Assembly: GCF_013149785.1 (NCBI RefSeq)
Contig: NZ_JABEZU010000002.1
Span: forward strand, 682,001 to 746,000
Length of the DNA stretch: 64,000 bases
Origin: Isoptericola halotolerans
GTDB lineage: Bacteria; Actinomycetota; Actinomycetes; Actinomycetales; Cellulomonadaceae
Reading direction: 5' to 3'
Below the pieces are notes generated by a model. The model saw only the letters and a list, made by a program, of their open reading frames with translations. It was not told the DNA's origin and searched no databases. The translations under genes and the position numbers were made by a program. Numbering within the stretch: position 1 is the stretch's first letter; each line of letters begins with the position of its first letter. Shown here one piece after another: positions 47,517 through 59,802 of the stretch.

Positions 47517-48773
47517 ATGGAGTCGCTGACGAACGCCGAGGCGCGCCGGATGGCGCTGCGGGCACAGGGCCTGGACCGACCGCGCCGCGAGGCCCCCGTC
47601 ACCCTGCGGCAGGTCACCGGCGTCGTGGACCGGCTGAACCTGCTGCAGATCGACTCGGTCAACGTGCTGGCGCGCGCCCACCTCGTGCCGTTGTACTCCC
47701 GGCTCGGCCCCTACGACACCGGGCTGCTCGACCGTGCGGCCGGGAAGGCACCACGACGGCTGGTCGAGACGTGGGCGCACGTCGCCTCCTACGTCCCCGC
47801 CTCGACGTACCCGCTGCTCGCCTGGAGGCGGCGGGCCTACGAACGAGAGGCCTGGGGCTCGATCTCCGCGGTGCCGCAGGCGCACCCGGCGGAGCTCGGG
47901 CTCGTGCGCGCCCTGGTCGCCGAGCAGGGGCCGGTGACCGCGAGCCGGATCCACGACGAGCTCGAGCGCACCGGCCGCACAGCCCCTCGCTCCCGCCTCG
48001 AGTGGGGCTGGAACTGGACCACGGCCAAGCGCTGCCTGGAGTACCTGTTCTTCACCGGCGAGGTGATGTCGGCCCGACGCAACGGTGCCTTCGAGCGCTG
48101 CTACGACCTCCCCGAGCGGGTGCTGCCGCCGGCCGTGCGTGACGCCCCGGACGTGCCGGACGACGAGGCGCTGCGGCGCCTCCTCGAGCTCGGTGCCCGC
48201 GCCCACGGCATCGGCACGGCGCGGTGCTTCCGCGACTACTTCCGGCTGCGCGGCCCCGGAGCCCAGCGGGCTCTCGCCGACCTCGTCGACGCCGGGGTGC
48301 TCGTCCCGGTCGCCGTCGACGGCTGGGCCGAACCCACCTACCGCCACCACGCCGCCGTCGTGCCGCGGCATGCCACCGGGTCCGCCCTGCTCAGCCCGTT
48401 CGACCCGCTGGTGTGGGAGCGCCGGCGGCTCGAGGCGCTGTTCGACGTGTACTACCGCATCGAGATCTACGTGCCGGCGGCGCGTCGTCGGCTCGGGTAC
48501 TACGTGCTGCCGTTCCTGCAGGGCGACGAGCTCACCGCGATGGTCGACCTCAAGGCGGACCGGGGTGCCGGCGTGCTGCGCGTCGTCGCCGCGCACCGCA
48601 CGCCCCACGCCGGCGCCTCGACGCCGGAGGCGCTGGCGGCCGAGCTCCGGCTGCTCGCGTCCTGGCTCGGCCTGGCCGAGGTGGACGTCGCGCGCGTCGG
48701 CGACCTGGCGCCGGACCTCGCCGCGGTGGTGCGCGGCGCGGCCGCACACGGTGCGCGGACGGTCGCCGGCTGA
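47517..48773 (+). CDS. YcaQ/AlkZ family (HTH_42) DNA crosslink glycosylase
   Basis: LQIDSVNVLARAH (QxD motif), LLSPFDPLVWER, YRIEIYVP and GYYVLPFL. Confidence 0.92.
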   Translation: MESLTNAEARRMALRAQGLDRPRREAPVTLRQVTGVVDRLNLLQIDSVNVLARAHLVPLYSRLGPYDTGLLDRAAGKAPRRLVETWAHVASYVPASTYPLLAWRRRAYEREAWGSISAVPQAHPAELGLVRALVAEQGPVTASRIHDELERTGRTAPRSRLEWGWNWTTAKRCLEYLFFTGEVMSARRNGAFERCYDLPERVLPPAVRDAPDVPDDEALRRLLELGARAHGIGTARCFRDYFRLRGPGAQRALADLVDAGVLVPVAVDGWAEPTYRHHAAVVPRHATGSALLSPFDPLVWERRRLEALFDVYYRIEIYVPAARRRLGYYVLPFLQGDELTAMVDLKADRGAGVLRVVAAHRTPHAGASTPEALAAELRLLASWLGLAEVDVARVGDLAPDLAAVVRGAAAHGARTVAG

Positions 48774-48837
48774 ACAGGCACCGGTTGCTGCGCCGGTAGA
48801 CTGCGAGCTCGATGCGTCGCGCGCGGGAGGAGTTCGG

Positions 48838-50358
48838 ATGACAGCAGGCCTTCCCGCGGACGTCTGGATCCTCGCTGCCGGTGCCCTGCTCGTCGCCGCG
48901 ATCCTGGCGGCCGGGTTCGCCGGGAAGGTCCGCATCCCAGGACTGCTGCTGTTCCTCGTCCTGGGGATGCTCGTCGCCGACGACGGCCTCGGCCTCGTGC
49001 GGCTCTCCGACGTCGAGCTCGCCCAGACGCTCGGCACGGTCGGCCTGCTGCTCATCCTCTTCGAGGGTGGGCTGACGACCAAGCCGGGGGACGTCCGCCG
49101 GGCGGCCGGTCCCGCGCTGGTGCTGGCCACCGCCGGCGTCGTGGTCACCGCGGCCGTCGTGGCGCTCGCCGGATGGTGGCTGCTCGACCTGGACCCGCTG
49201 ACCGCGATGCTCATCGGGGCGGTCGTCTCCTCGACCGACGCCGCCGCGGTCTTCGCCGTGCTGCGGCGCTCGCCCCTGCCGCGCCGGATGTCCGCGCTGC
49301 TCGAGGTCGAGTCGGGGGCCAACGACCCGGTCGCGATCATGCTCACCGTCGGGCTCGTCGCGACCTTCACGGGGAGTCCCGACCCCACCGACTGGGTCGT
49401 GTTCGGCGTCACGCAGATCCTCGGCGGTGTGCTGGTCGGCGCGCTCGTCGGGCTGGCGGGCAGCTGGATGCTGTCGCGGGCAGCCCTCGGGCCGACGGGG
49501 GTGTACCCGGTGCTCGCGCTGGGGATCGCCGGGCTGGCCTACGGGACCGCGGCCCTGGTGGGTGGTTCGGGCTTCCTGGCGGTGTACATCGCAGGGCTCG
49601 TGGTCGGTGCGAAGGTCACGCTGCACCGGCGCGAGATCCGCACCTTCCACGAGGGCCTGTCCAACACGGCCGAGGTCGGGCTCTTCCTGCTGCTGGGCAT
49701 GCTGGTCTTCCCGTCCCAGCTCCCGCCGGTGGCCGGCACCGCCGTGCTCGTGGCGGTCGTGCTGGTGCTCGTCGCCCGCCCGCTCGCCGTCGGGCTGTGC
49801 CTGGTCTGGTTCGGGTACTCGTGGCGCGAGATCCTCTTCGTCTCCTGGGTCGGGCTGCGTGGTGCGGTCCCCATCGTGCTGGCGACGTTCCCCGCGGTGG
49901 CGGGCTACCCCGAGGGCGACCTCATCTTCAACGTCGTGTTCTTCGTGGTGCTGACGTCCGCGGCGATCCAGGGAGTCAGCATCCGCTGGGTCGCGCGCGT
50001 GCTCGGGATCGAGGCGACACCGCACGACCTCGACCCCGTCACCTCGGGCCGCCCGCTCGCAGGGACCGGGGCCGAGCTCTTCGAGGTCCCGGTGCGGACG
50101 GACCTGGCGCTGGTCGGGCGCGCCGTCGCCGCCGTCGTCCCGCCGTGCGGGACGATCGCCGCCGTCGTCCGCGGCAAGGAGGCGCTCGCACCCCAGGCCC
50201 CCGTGGTGCTGGTACCCGGCGACGTGCTCCTGCTCATCGTGCCCCACCGTCCCGACGCAGCCCGTCAGGTCACGGCGTGGGCACGGGGCGAGGCGGTCGA
50301 GGAGCGACCGCACGACGTGGTCGACGAGCGACCGCACGACCCGAACCAGAAAGGCTGA
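48838..50358 (+). CDS. K+/H+ antiporter (CvrA/NhaP2 type, CPA1)
   Basis: ILFEGGL, SSTDAAAVF, VESGANDP and GLRGAVPIVLA; TrkA-C-like tail. Confidence 0.92.
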   Translation: MTAGLPADVWILAAGALLVAAILAAGFAGKVRIPGLLLFLVLGMLVADDGLGLVRLSDVELAQTLGTVGLLLILFEGGLTTKPGDVRRAAGPALVLATAGVVVTAAVVALAGWWLLDLDPLTAMLIGAVVSSTDAAAVFAVLRRSPLPRRMSALLEVESGANDPVAIMLTVGLVATFTGSPDPTDWVVFGVTQILGGVLVGALVGLAGSWMLSRAALGPTGVYPVLALGIAGLAYGTAALVGGSGFLAVYIAGLVVGAKVTLHRREIRTFHEGLSNTAEVGLFLLLGMLVFPSQLPPVAGTAVLVAVVLVLVARPLAVGLCLVWFGYSWREILFVSWVGLRGAVPIVLATFPAVAGYPEGDLIFNVVFFVVLTSAAIQGVSIRWVARVLGIEATPHDLDPVTSGRPLAGTGAELFEVPVRTDLALVGRAVAAVVPPCGTIAAVVRGKEALAPQAPVVLVPGDVLLLIVPHRPDAARQVTAWARGEAVEERPHDVVDERPHDPNQKG

Positions 50359-50364
50359 CGGCGC

Positions 50365-51948
50365 ATGGACGTCCTCGCGTTGTACCTCGGAGCCGCGTTC
50401 GCCGGAGGGCTGCTGGCACGTCTGGCCAAGCTGCCGCCGCTGGTCGGGTTCCTGGTGGCAGGGTTCGCCCTGGGGATGGCGGGTGCACCGCACCTGCCCG
50501 GGATCGAGACGATCGCGGAGGTCGGCGTCGCGCTGCTGCTCTTCACCATCGGTCTCAAGCTCGACGTGCGGACGCTCGCCAAGCCGGTGATCTGGATCAC
50601 GATGGCGACGCACATGGCGCTCAGCGTGGTCATCGGCCTGGGGTTCCTCGGTCTGCTGGCCGTCGCCGGTGCGGCGCTCCTGGGCGGCGAGTCCCTGCAG
50701 ACCTTGGCCCTCGTCGGGTTCGCCCTGTCGTTCTCGTCGACGGTGTTCGTCATCAAGGTGCTCGAGGACCGGTCGGACGCCACCAGCCTGTACGGGCGGG
50801 TCGCCGTCGGCATCCTCATCATGCAGGACATCGCTGCGGTCGCGTTCATCGTGCTCGCCACCGGAGAGCCGCCCAGCCCGTGGGCGTTGCTGCTCGTCCT
50901 CCTCGTCCCCGCCCGGAGGGTCCTGCACCGGATCTGGGACGCGGTCGGGCACGGGGAGCTGCAGGTACTGTTCGGCGTCGGTCTCGCCCTCGGTCCGGGC
51001 TTCTACCTGTTCGAGCACCTGGGCATCTCGGGTGACCTCGGTGCGCTGGTGATGGGGATGCTGCTGGCCTCGCACTCCGGCTCCGGCGAGATGTCCCGGT
51101 CGCTGATGTCGTTGAAGGACCTCATGCTGGTCGCGTTCTTCCTCGAGATCGGGCTGCACGGCACGCCGACCCTCCAGCACCTCGGCATGGCGGCCGGCCT
51201 GCTCCTCCTCCTGCCGCTGCAGGCGGCCGGCTTCGCGCTGCTGCTGTGGATGCTGCGACTGCGCCGCCGGACGGCGATCCTCACCGGGCTGGTCCTCGGC
51301 AACTTCTCCGAGTTCGGCATCATCGTGGCCGCGGTGGGGGCTGACGTGGGGATGCTCGACGAGGACTGGCTGATCGTCATCTCCCTCGCCGTGGCGATGA
51401 GCTTCGTGCTGGCGGCGGTGGTCAACCGGCGGGGGGTCGAGATCGCCTCCGCCCTCACCCGCTTCCTCCCGGCGAAGGACCCGGCGTCCCTGCACCCCGA
51501 CGACCGGCTCGTCGACATCGGCGACGCGGATGCCGTGGTGCTGGGGCTCGGCCGCGTCGGCACCACGGCCTGTGCCCGGCTCCGCGACGAGTACGGTCTG
51601 CACGTGGTGGGGGTCGAGCACGACGAGCAGCGGGTGGCCGCGCTGCGGGAACAGGGTGTCGACGTGGTGCTGGCCGACGCCACGGACCTCGAGTTCTGGG
51701 CCCGGGTCAAGCGCGCCGGCCACGTGCGGATGGCGGTGCTCACCATGCCGTTCCACAACGCGAACCTCATCGCGTTGTCGCGGTTGCAGGAGGCGGGCTT
51801 CGACGGGCAGGTGGCGGCGATCGCCCGGTACGACGACGACGCCGCCGAGCTGCGTCGGCACGGGGCGGACGCGGTGTTCCACCTCTACGGTGCCGCGGGC
51901 GCCGAGCTCGCCGACCGGGCCGCCGAGGCGCTGTCCACCGAGCGGTGA
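50365..51948 (+). CDS. CPA2 cation:proton antiporter with TrkA-N domain
   Basis: LPPLVGFL, LLFTIGLKL, FSSTV, ILIMQDI, SEFG and GLGRVG. Confidence 0.92.
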   Translation: MDVLALYLGAAFAGGLLARLAKLPPLVGFLVAGFALGMAGAPHLPGIETIAEVGVALLLFTIGLKLDVRTLAKPVIWITMATHMALSVVIGLGFLGLLAVAGAALLGGESLQTLALVGFALSFSSTVFVIKVLEDRSDATSLYGRVAVGILIMQDIAAVAFIVLATGEPPSPWALLLVLLVPARRVLHRIWDAVGHGELQVLFGVGLALGPGFYLFEHLGISGDLGALVMGMLLASHSGSGEMSRSLMSLKDLMLVAFFLEIGLHGTPTLQHLGMAAGLLLLLPLQAAGFALLLWMLRLRRRTAILTGLVLGNFSEFGIIVAAVGADVGMLDEDWLIVISLAVAMSFVLAAVVNRRGVEIASALTRFLPAKDPASLHPDDRLVDIGDADAVVLGLGRVGTTACARLRDEYGLHVVGVEHDEQRVAALREQGVDVVLADATDLEFWARVKRAGHVRMAVLTMPFHNANLIALSRLQEAGFDGQVAAIARYDDDAAELRRHGADAVFHLYGAAGAELADRAAEALSTER

Positions 51949-52103
51949 CGTTCGTCGGTCGCGAACCTGGCCCCGGGGCCCGCCACGGGGGAATAGGATG
52001 ACAGGCGGTGCGACCGGGACGACGGCGCCGTCGTCGGGCCCTGGTCGATGCCGCCGAACGGGCCCGGGAGGTTTCCCGGGCACCACCGACACGGGAGAAC
52101 TGC

Positions 52104-55061
<2,958 letters not shown>

Positions 55062-55103
55062 GGTTCGCCCGGGGGTGAGGGCCCGCGGGGAGCCTGACAC
55101 GGT

Positions 55104-55240
55104 CGGGCTGGTATCGGCTGAGTCTGCGGTTCCGCTGCGGGCGAGTGCCTCGTGCCTCGGCCCTCACCCTGCGCTGCACCTCCGCCTCAGCCGGGCTGGT
55201 ATCGGCTGAGTCTGCGGTTCCGCTGCGGGCGAGTGCCTCG
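55104..55240. repeat. Two identical 49-bp direct repeats separated by 39 bp
   Basis: cgggctggtatcggctgagtctgcggttccgctgcgggcgagtgcctcg at 55104-55152 and 55192-55240. Confidence 0.9.
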
Positions 55241-55245
55241 AGCCA

Positions 55246-55794
55246 TCAGCCGAGCTCGAGGACGGCGACGCGCCAGACGCCTCGGCGCGCCTCGAGCCGG
55301 ACGGCGGCCGCCCGGACCCGCCCGGCGTCCTCGAGGACCACGGTCGCCTCGGCCGTGCCGTCACCGAGTCGCACGGTGCGGATGCGCCGCACCGTGACCG
55401 GCACGCCGGTGCGCCCGGTGCCGCGACCGGGCTGGACGAGGCGCGCACGGTGCACGAGCTGGTCCAGGACCTGGGGGGTCACCCAGCGCGCGAGGTGCGT
55501 CGCCGGGCGTTCGCCGCGCAGCACCTCGACGGCGGCACGCACGACCGAACCGCACATCGCGGTCGGGTCAGGCAGCCGGGGTGACGGTGACTGGTCCGCG
55601 ACCAACGGGCGGCCGGGCGTCGGCACGGGCTCCGCAGGGACGGTGCCGATGCGTACCCGCCGAGCCGGTGCGGGGCGTCTGGTGGTGGCGCGGGGTGGCT
55701 CTGCCGGTCTGCGGGTGCGTGGTGGCGTGGAGGTGCGCAGACGGCGGGAGGCGGTGCTCGTCGGGAGGGCGTTCTCGGACGTGGTCGCGGTCAT
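55246..55794 (-). CDS. Rv3235 family protein
   Basis: AVEVLRGERPATHLARWVTPQV and GRVRAAAVRLE...W...LELG; follows secA as in other actinobacteria. Confidence 0.88.
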   Translation of the reverse strand: MTATTSENALPTSTASRRLRTSTPPRTRRPAEPPRATTRRPAPARRVRIGTVPAEPVPTPGRPLVADQSPSPRLPDPTAMCGSVVRAAVEVLRGERPATHLARWVTPQVLDQLVHRARLVQPGRGTGRTGVPVTVRRIRTVRLGDGTAEATVVLEDAGRVRAAAVRLEARRGVWRVAVLELG

Positions 55795-55897
55795 CGTGAC
55801 TCCGGGAGAGGTGCGGGTCGTGCTCGGGCCGGGCGTCGGTCGTCGTCAGTGGGCCTGAGTAGGCCTGAGTGGGCCTCAGCGGGGTTCGGGGGGTCGG

Positions 55898-56689
55898 TCA
55901 GGGTGCACGCAGAACCTGCCCCGGCAGGATGACGTCCGGGTCGTCCCCGATGACGTCGCGGTTCGCGTCGTGCCAGGAGGTCACCGCACGCAGCACGTCG
56001 GCGTCCGAGGCGTCCGGGGGGAGGTCGCGGGCCGCGATCGCCCACAGCGTGTCCCCTCGCACCACGACGACCTCGTCCTGCTCGTCGACCTGGTTCGAGG
56101 CCCGTTGGGCGTCGGTCACGTCGTCGTCCGTGCTCTCGGTCGGGGGCCGGGGGTCCGGCGCCACGGGTCGTTCGTCGTCGGTGGCCTGCACCGGGGGAGA
56201 CGGCTGCTGCGAGGTGGTCTCCCACCCGAGGGAGACGACGGCGGCGGGCCCGTCACCGGGTGCGGGTCGGTCGTCGGCGAGGGCTGCTGCCGGTGTCAGC
56301 GCCATGCCGGCCCCGAGGCTCGCGCCGACGGCCCCACGGGCGAGCCGACGGACGACGCCTGGTGCCCAGCGGCCCACCACGTTGTCGGTGGTTCGGCCGG
56401 CCCGACCTCTGCGGACGGCGGCGACACCGACCAGAGCGGCGGTGGCCCCGAGCAGGACCCAGGTCGCGGCGGCGAGACCGGCGGCCAGCACGACCAGCTC
56501 GACCCAGTCGTCGACGCGCAGCGCCCCGGCGGCCTCGGGGCCGGTCGGCACGACGTCGCGTGCCCGCCTCCCCAGCAGAGCCACCGCGCCGGCCGACGCG
56601 GCGAGCACCGCGAGCAGGCCGGCGGTGCTCCTGGTCGACCCAGGAGCCCTGCGGCGAGCTCCCTGGGTCGTCGTCGCGCTGCCGTCCAT
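55898..56689 (-). CDS. Membrane-anchored LysM domain protein
   Basis: TM segments, Pro-rich linker, VVRGDTLWAIA...NRDVIGDDPDVILPGQVL. Confidence 0.9.
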   Translation of the reverse strand: MDGSATTTQGARRRAPGSTRSTAGLLAVLAASAGAVALLGRRARDVVPTGPEAAGALRVDDWVELVVLAAGLAAATWVLLGATAALVGVAAVRRGRAGRTTDNVVGRWAPGVVRRLARGAVGASLGAGMALTPAAALADDRPAPGDGPAAVVSLGWETTSQQPSPPVQATDDERPVAPDPRPPTESTDDDVTDAQRASNQVDEQDEVVVVRGDTLWAIAARDLPPDASDADVLRAVTSWHDANRDVIGDDPDVILPGQVLRAP

Positions 56690-56842
56690 CGGGCATCCTC
56701 CATCGGATCTGCCATGATCATGCTGGTTGATAGCGTTTGATGCTGCTGGATGGCAGATATTGAATCGCAGTGTGGCGATCCTGTCCAGGGGGAGGGCATC
56801 CTGGACCCGCTCCGGCCGGTCCGGGCAGGGAGGGAGTGGCAG

Positions 56843-57394
56843 GTGACGACCCCGGGCGCCGCGCGCTGGACGTTGCTCTTCGCGGACCTCGAGGCGCAGC
56901 TCGCGGCCGAGGAGGCGGCCGAGCGTGACGGCGCGGTCGCCGAGCTCACGCGCGCCGAGCAGGCCTCCGTCCCCCTCGTGGACCGGCTGCGCGCTGCACA
57001 GGGGCGTCCGGTGCGCATCGACCTGTGCGACGGCGAGGTCCTCGCCGGACGTCTCGCCCGCGTGGCGACCTCGTGGTTCCAGCTCGACGCGCGCAGGGCG
57101 CAGGGCGGACGGGTGCAGCACCTGGTGCCGCTGGCCGCCGTCGTCGGCGTCACCGGGCTGGGGCCGTACGCGACGCCGTCGAGCCGGCGCACCGACGGTC
57201 TCGGGCTCGGCACCGCGCTGCGGGCACTCCAGCGGGACCGCGCCCGTGTGCAGGTGCGCACCACCGCCCGCACGCTCCTCGGGCGGGTCGCCCGGGTCGG
57301 TGCCGACCACCTCGACGTGGTGGAGCTCGACACTCCGGCGGGGGAGGTGCGTGTCGTCCCGTTCGCCGCCCTGGTGCGCGTCAGCGAGGCGTGA
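56843..57394 (+). CDS. Conserved actinobacterial hypothetical protein (two SH3/Sm-like halves)
   Basis: RWTLLFADLEAQL, LVDRLR and GRVARVGADHLD. Confidence 0.75.
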   Translation: MTTPGAARWTLLFADLEAQLAAEEAAERDGAVAELTRAEQASVPLVDRLRAAQGRPVRIDLCDGEVLAGRLARVATSWFQLDARRAQGGRVQHLVPLAAVVGVTGLGPYATPSSRRTDGLGLGTALRALQRDRARVQVRTTARTLLGRVARVGADHLDVVELDTPAGEVRVVPFAALVRVSEA

Positions 57395-57435
57395 GCGGCG
57401 CGGCAGGACTCAGCGGCGGGAGGACGCCGGCAGGC

Positions 57436-57645
57436 TCACAGGTCCCCGGAGTCGATCCGCGCGCGGGTGCGGTCGTACTGCCGGGCGATGTACTCCTCGA
57501 GCTTGGCCGACTCGACCCTCCAGACCTTCTTCGGTCCCACCTGGATCGCCGGCAGGTCGCCGGACCGCACGAGCGAGTAGGCCTGTGCGGCGGAGATGCT
57601 GAGGATCTCCTGCACCTCGGCGAGGGAGAGGAATCGGCTGGCCAT
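57436..57645 (-). CDS. Small excisionase/BldC-like helix-turn-helix (HTH_17) protein
   Basis: RFLSLAEVQEILSISAAQAYSLVRSGDLPAIQVG...WRV...LEEYI. Confidence 0.9.
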   Translation of the reverse strand: MASRFLSLAEVQEILSISAAQAYSLVRSGDLPAIQVGPKKVWRVESAKLEEYIARQYDRTRARIDSGDL

Positions 57646-57845
57646 GTCGTGATCTTCCCACACGGGTAGCGGTTCGTGCCGGTTGTCCACAGGGGGTGGC
57701 GGATGCTTCCCTTCGGTGCGGGCGTCCCGGATGATGGATCGCGCCGCCGTCGGCGGTCCGCCGGTCGCTAGCCTGCCTCGCGCCCGACGGACCGACCACC
57801 CGCACCGGACACCGCCACGCGTCCGGACGACTCCGAAGGACCACC

Positions 57846-58493
57846 GTGAGCAGAGAAGCCCTCCCGGCCCCTGTAGCCCCGCGTCTGCGCCGCCCGACCT
57901 GGCGTGATCCCCGGTTCGTCATCGGTGTGGTGCTGGTGGCCCTCGCCGTCGCCCTGGGCTCCTGGGTCGTCGCCGACGCCGACCGTACCGTCCCGGTCTA
58001 CGCCGCCGCCGGCACCCTGACCCCCGGCGAACCCGTGGACGAGTCGCGGCTGCGGGCCGTCGACGTCAACCTCGGTGCCGAGGCGGACCGCTACCTGCGC
58101 GTCGACGCCGGGCCGCCCGACGGGAAGGTCGCCCTGCGGGTGGTCGGTGACGGGGAGCTGGTCGCCGTCACCGCGCTCGGGGACGCCACGGCGGTCGACG
58201 TGCGGTCGGTCGCCGTCCCGGTCGGAGCAGGGCTCTCGGAACGTATCCGCGAGGGCGCCGTCGTCGACCTGTGGTTCGTCCCGGCCACGGCGCACGGCGG
58301 GGCCGAGCAGCCCGAGCCGGCCCCGCTGGTGGCCGACGTCGTGGTCGAGCAGGTGGACGTCTCCGACGGCGGGCTGGTGCTGGCCGACCGAGGCACCCTC
58401 CACGTCCTCGTCGGCTCCGAGGACCTGGCCCCCGTCCTGGCCGCGCTGGGCGCCGACGGGCACGTCGCCGTCGTGCCGGTGACCGGCGCATGA
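57846..58493 (+). CDS. SAF/CpaB-like domain protein
   Basis: RPTWRDPRFVIGVVLV TM segment, VYAAAGTLTPG, R.VGDGELV and G.VVDLW. Confidence 0.82.
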   Translation: MSREALPAPVAPRLRRPTWRDPRFVIGVVLVALAVALGSWVVADADRTVPVYAAAGTLTPGEPVDESRLRAVDVNLGAEADRYLRVDAGPPDGKVALRVVGDGELVAVTALGDATAVDVRSVAVPVGAGLSERIREGAVVDLWFVPATAHGGAEQPEPAPLVADVVVEQVDVSDGGLVLADRGTLHVLVGSEDLAPVLAALGADGHVAVVPVTGA

Positions 58494-59788
58494 CGTCCGC
58501 CGAGGTCACCGTGCTCTGCGCGGTGAGCGGGCCTGCCGAGACGGACGTGGTGCTGGCGCTCGGTGCCCCCGGGTCCGGGGCCCAGGTCACGCGACGCTGC
58601 GGGGACCTGACCGAGCTCCTGGCGGCGGCCGCCGCGGGAGCGGGGCAGGTCGCCCTGGTCTCCGCCGACCTGCCCGGCCTCGACCGTGAGGCGGTCGGTC
58701 GCCTGCACGGTGCCGGCACGCGGGTCGTCGCGCTCGCGGACGACGGACCCGCGGACAGGCTCCAGGCGCTGGGCTTCGAGGCGGTCCTCGACGGGCCTGC
58801 CGACCCGCGCCTCCTGGACGCCGTGCGCGACACCGCGCGCGTCGACGACCCGCTCGCCACCTCGGAGATCGACCTGTCGGGCCTCGCCACCGGTGACGCC
58901 GGCCCGGGACGCGCCGGGACGGTCGTGGCCGTCTGGGGGCCCGTCGGCGCGCCGGGACGGACCACGACGGCCGTCGAGCTGGCGGCCGAGCTGGCAGGTC
59001 TCGGCGGACGACGACCAGGTCGTCGGCAGGCCCGGAAGCAGGCGCCGGCTGGACCGACGCAGTCGGCCCTCGTCGTCGACGCCGACACCTACGGGTCGTG
59101 CATCGCCTCTCGCCTGGGTCTGCTCGACGACGCCCCCGGGCTCGCGGCCGTCGCCCGGGCCGCCGCTCACGGCACCCTCGACCTGGCGACCCTCGCTCAG
59201 CACGCTCCCGTCGTCGAGGGGAGGCTGCGCGTCCTGACGGGGATGACCCGTGCCGCGCGGTGGCCCGAGCTGCCGGCCAGCGCGCTGGAGGTGGTGCTCG
59301 AGCGTGCGCGGTCGCTGACGGACTGGACGGTGGTGGACTGCGGTCCGCTGATCGAGGCCGACGAGCTGCTCATGTACGACACGCACGCCCCGCAGCGCAA
59401 CGCAGCGACGCTCGCGGCGCTGCAGGCTGCGGACGTCGTCGTGGTCGTCGGCGCCGCCGACCCGGTGGGCATCCAGCGCCTCGTGCGTGCTCTGGAGGAC
59501 CTGGCCGAGGCCCCGGTGCCCGTCCCGGCCGCACGCGTCGTCGTGGCCAACAGGGTGCGGTCCTCCGCCGTCGGCCCGGACCCCGAGCGTGCGGTCGCCG
59601 ACGCCCTCGCCCGCTATGCCGGCGTCGGCGAGGTGCACGCGGTCCCGGACGACGGGCCCGCGCTCGACGCGGCGCTCCTGGCCGGACGCACCCTGGCCGA
59701 GCGTGCGCCGTCGTCGCCCGCCCGGCTGGCGTTCGCCGACCTCGCCGCGCTCGTCCGGCAGAGGGTCGGCGTACCCGTGCCGGCCTGA
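58490..59788 (+). CDS. Receiver-like + MinD/ParA/CpaE-like P-loop protein
   Basis: VAVWGPVGAPGRTT deviant Walker A, VDADTYG, VVDCG and VVANRVR. Confidence 0.85.
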   Translation: MTSAEVTVLCAVSGPAETDVVLALGAPGSGAQVTRRCGDLTELLAAAAAGAGQVALVSADLPGLDREAVGRLHGAGTRVVALADDGPADRLQALGFEAVLDGPADPRLLDAVRDTARVDDPLATSEIDLSGLATGDAGPGRAGTVVAVWGPVGAPGRTTTAVELAAELAGLGGRRPGRRQARKQAPAGPTQSALVVDADTYGSCIASRLGLLDDAPGLAAVARAAAHGTLDLATLAQHAPVVEGRLRVLTGMTRAARWPELPASALEVVLERARSLTDWTVVDCGPLIEADELLMYDTHAPQRNAATLAALQAADVVVVVGAADPVGIQRLVRALEDLAEAPVPVPAARVVVANRVRSSAVGPDPERAVADALARYAGVGEVHAVPDDGPALDAALLAGRTLAERAPSSPARLAFADLAALVRQRVGVPVPA

Positions 59789-59802
59789 GGCACACTGGGC
59801 TC

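Noticed and set aside
55104..55240. Mini-CRISPR interpretation of the 49-bp repeats
   Set aside because: Only two units, repeat longer than typical, no cas genes or AT-rich leader; kept only as a repeat finding
55848..55880. Short tandem ggcctgagt repeats between the Rv3235-like and LysM genes
   Set aside because: Only about three degenerate 10-bp units; cannot be distinguished from slippage noise
57436..57645. Prophage or ICE excisionase
   Set aside because: No integrase, att-associated tRNA or phage genes; sits in conserved chromosomal synteny
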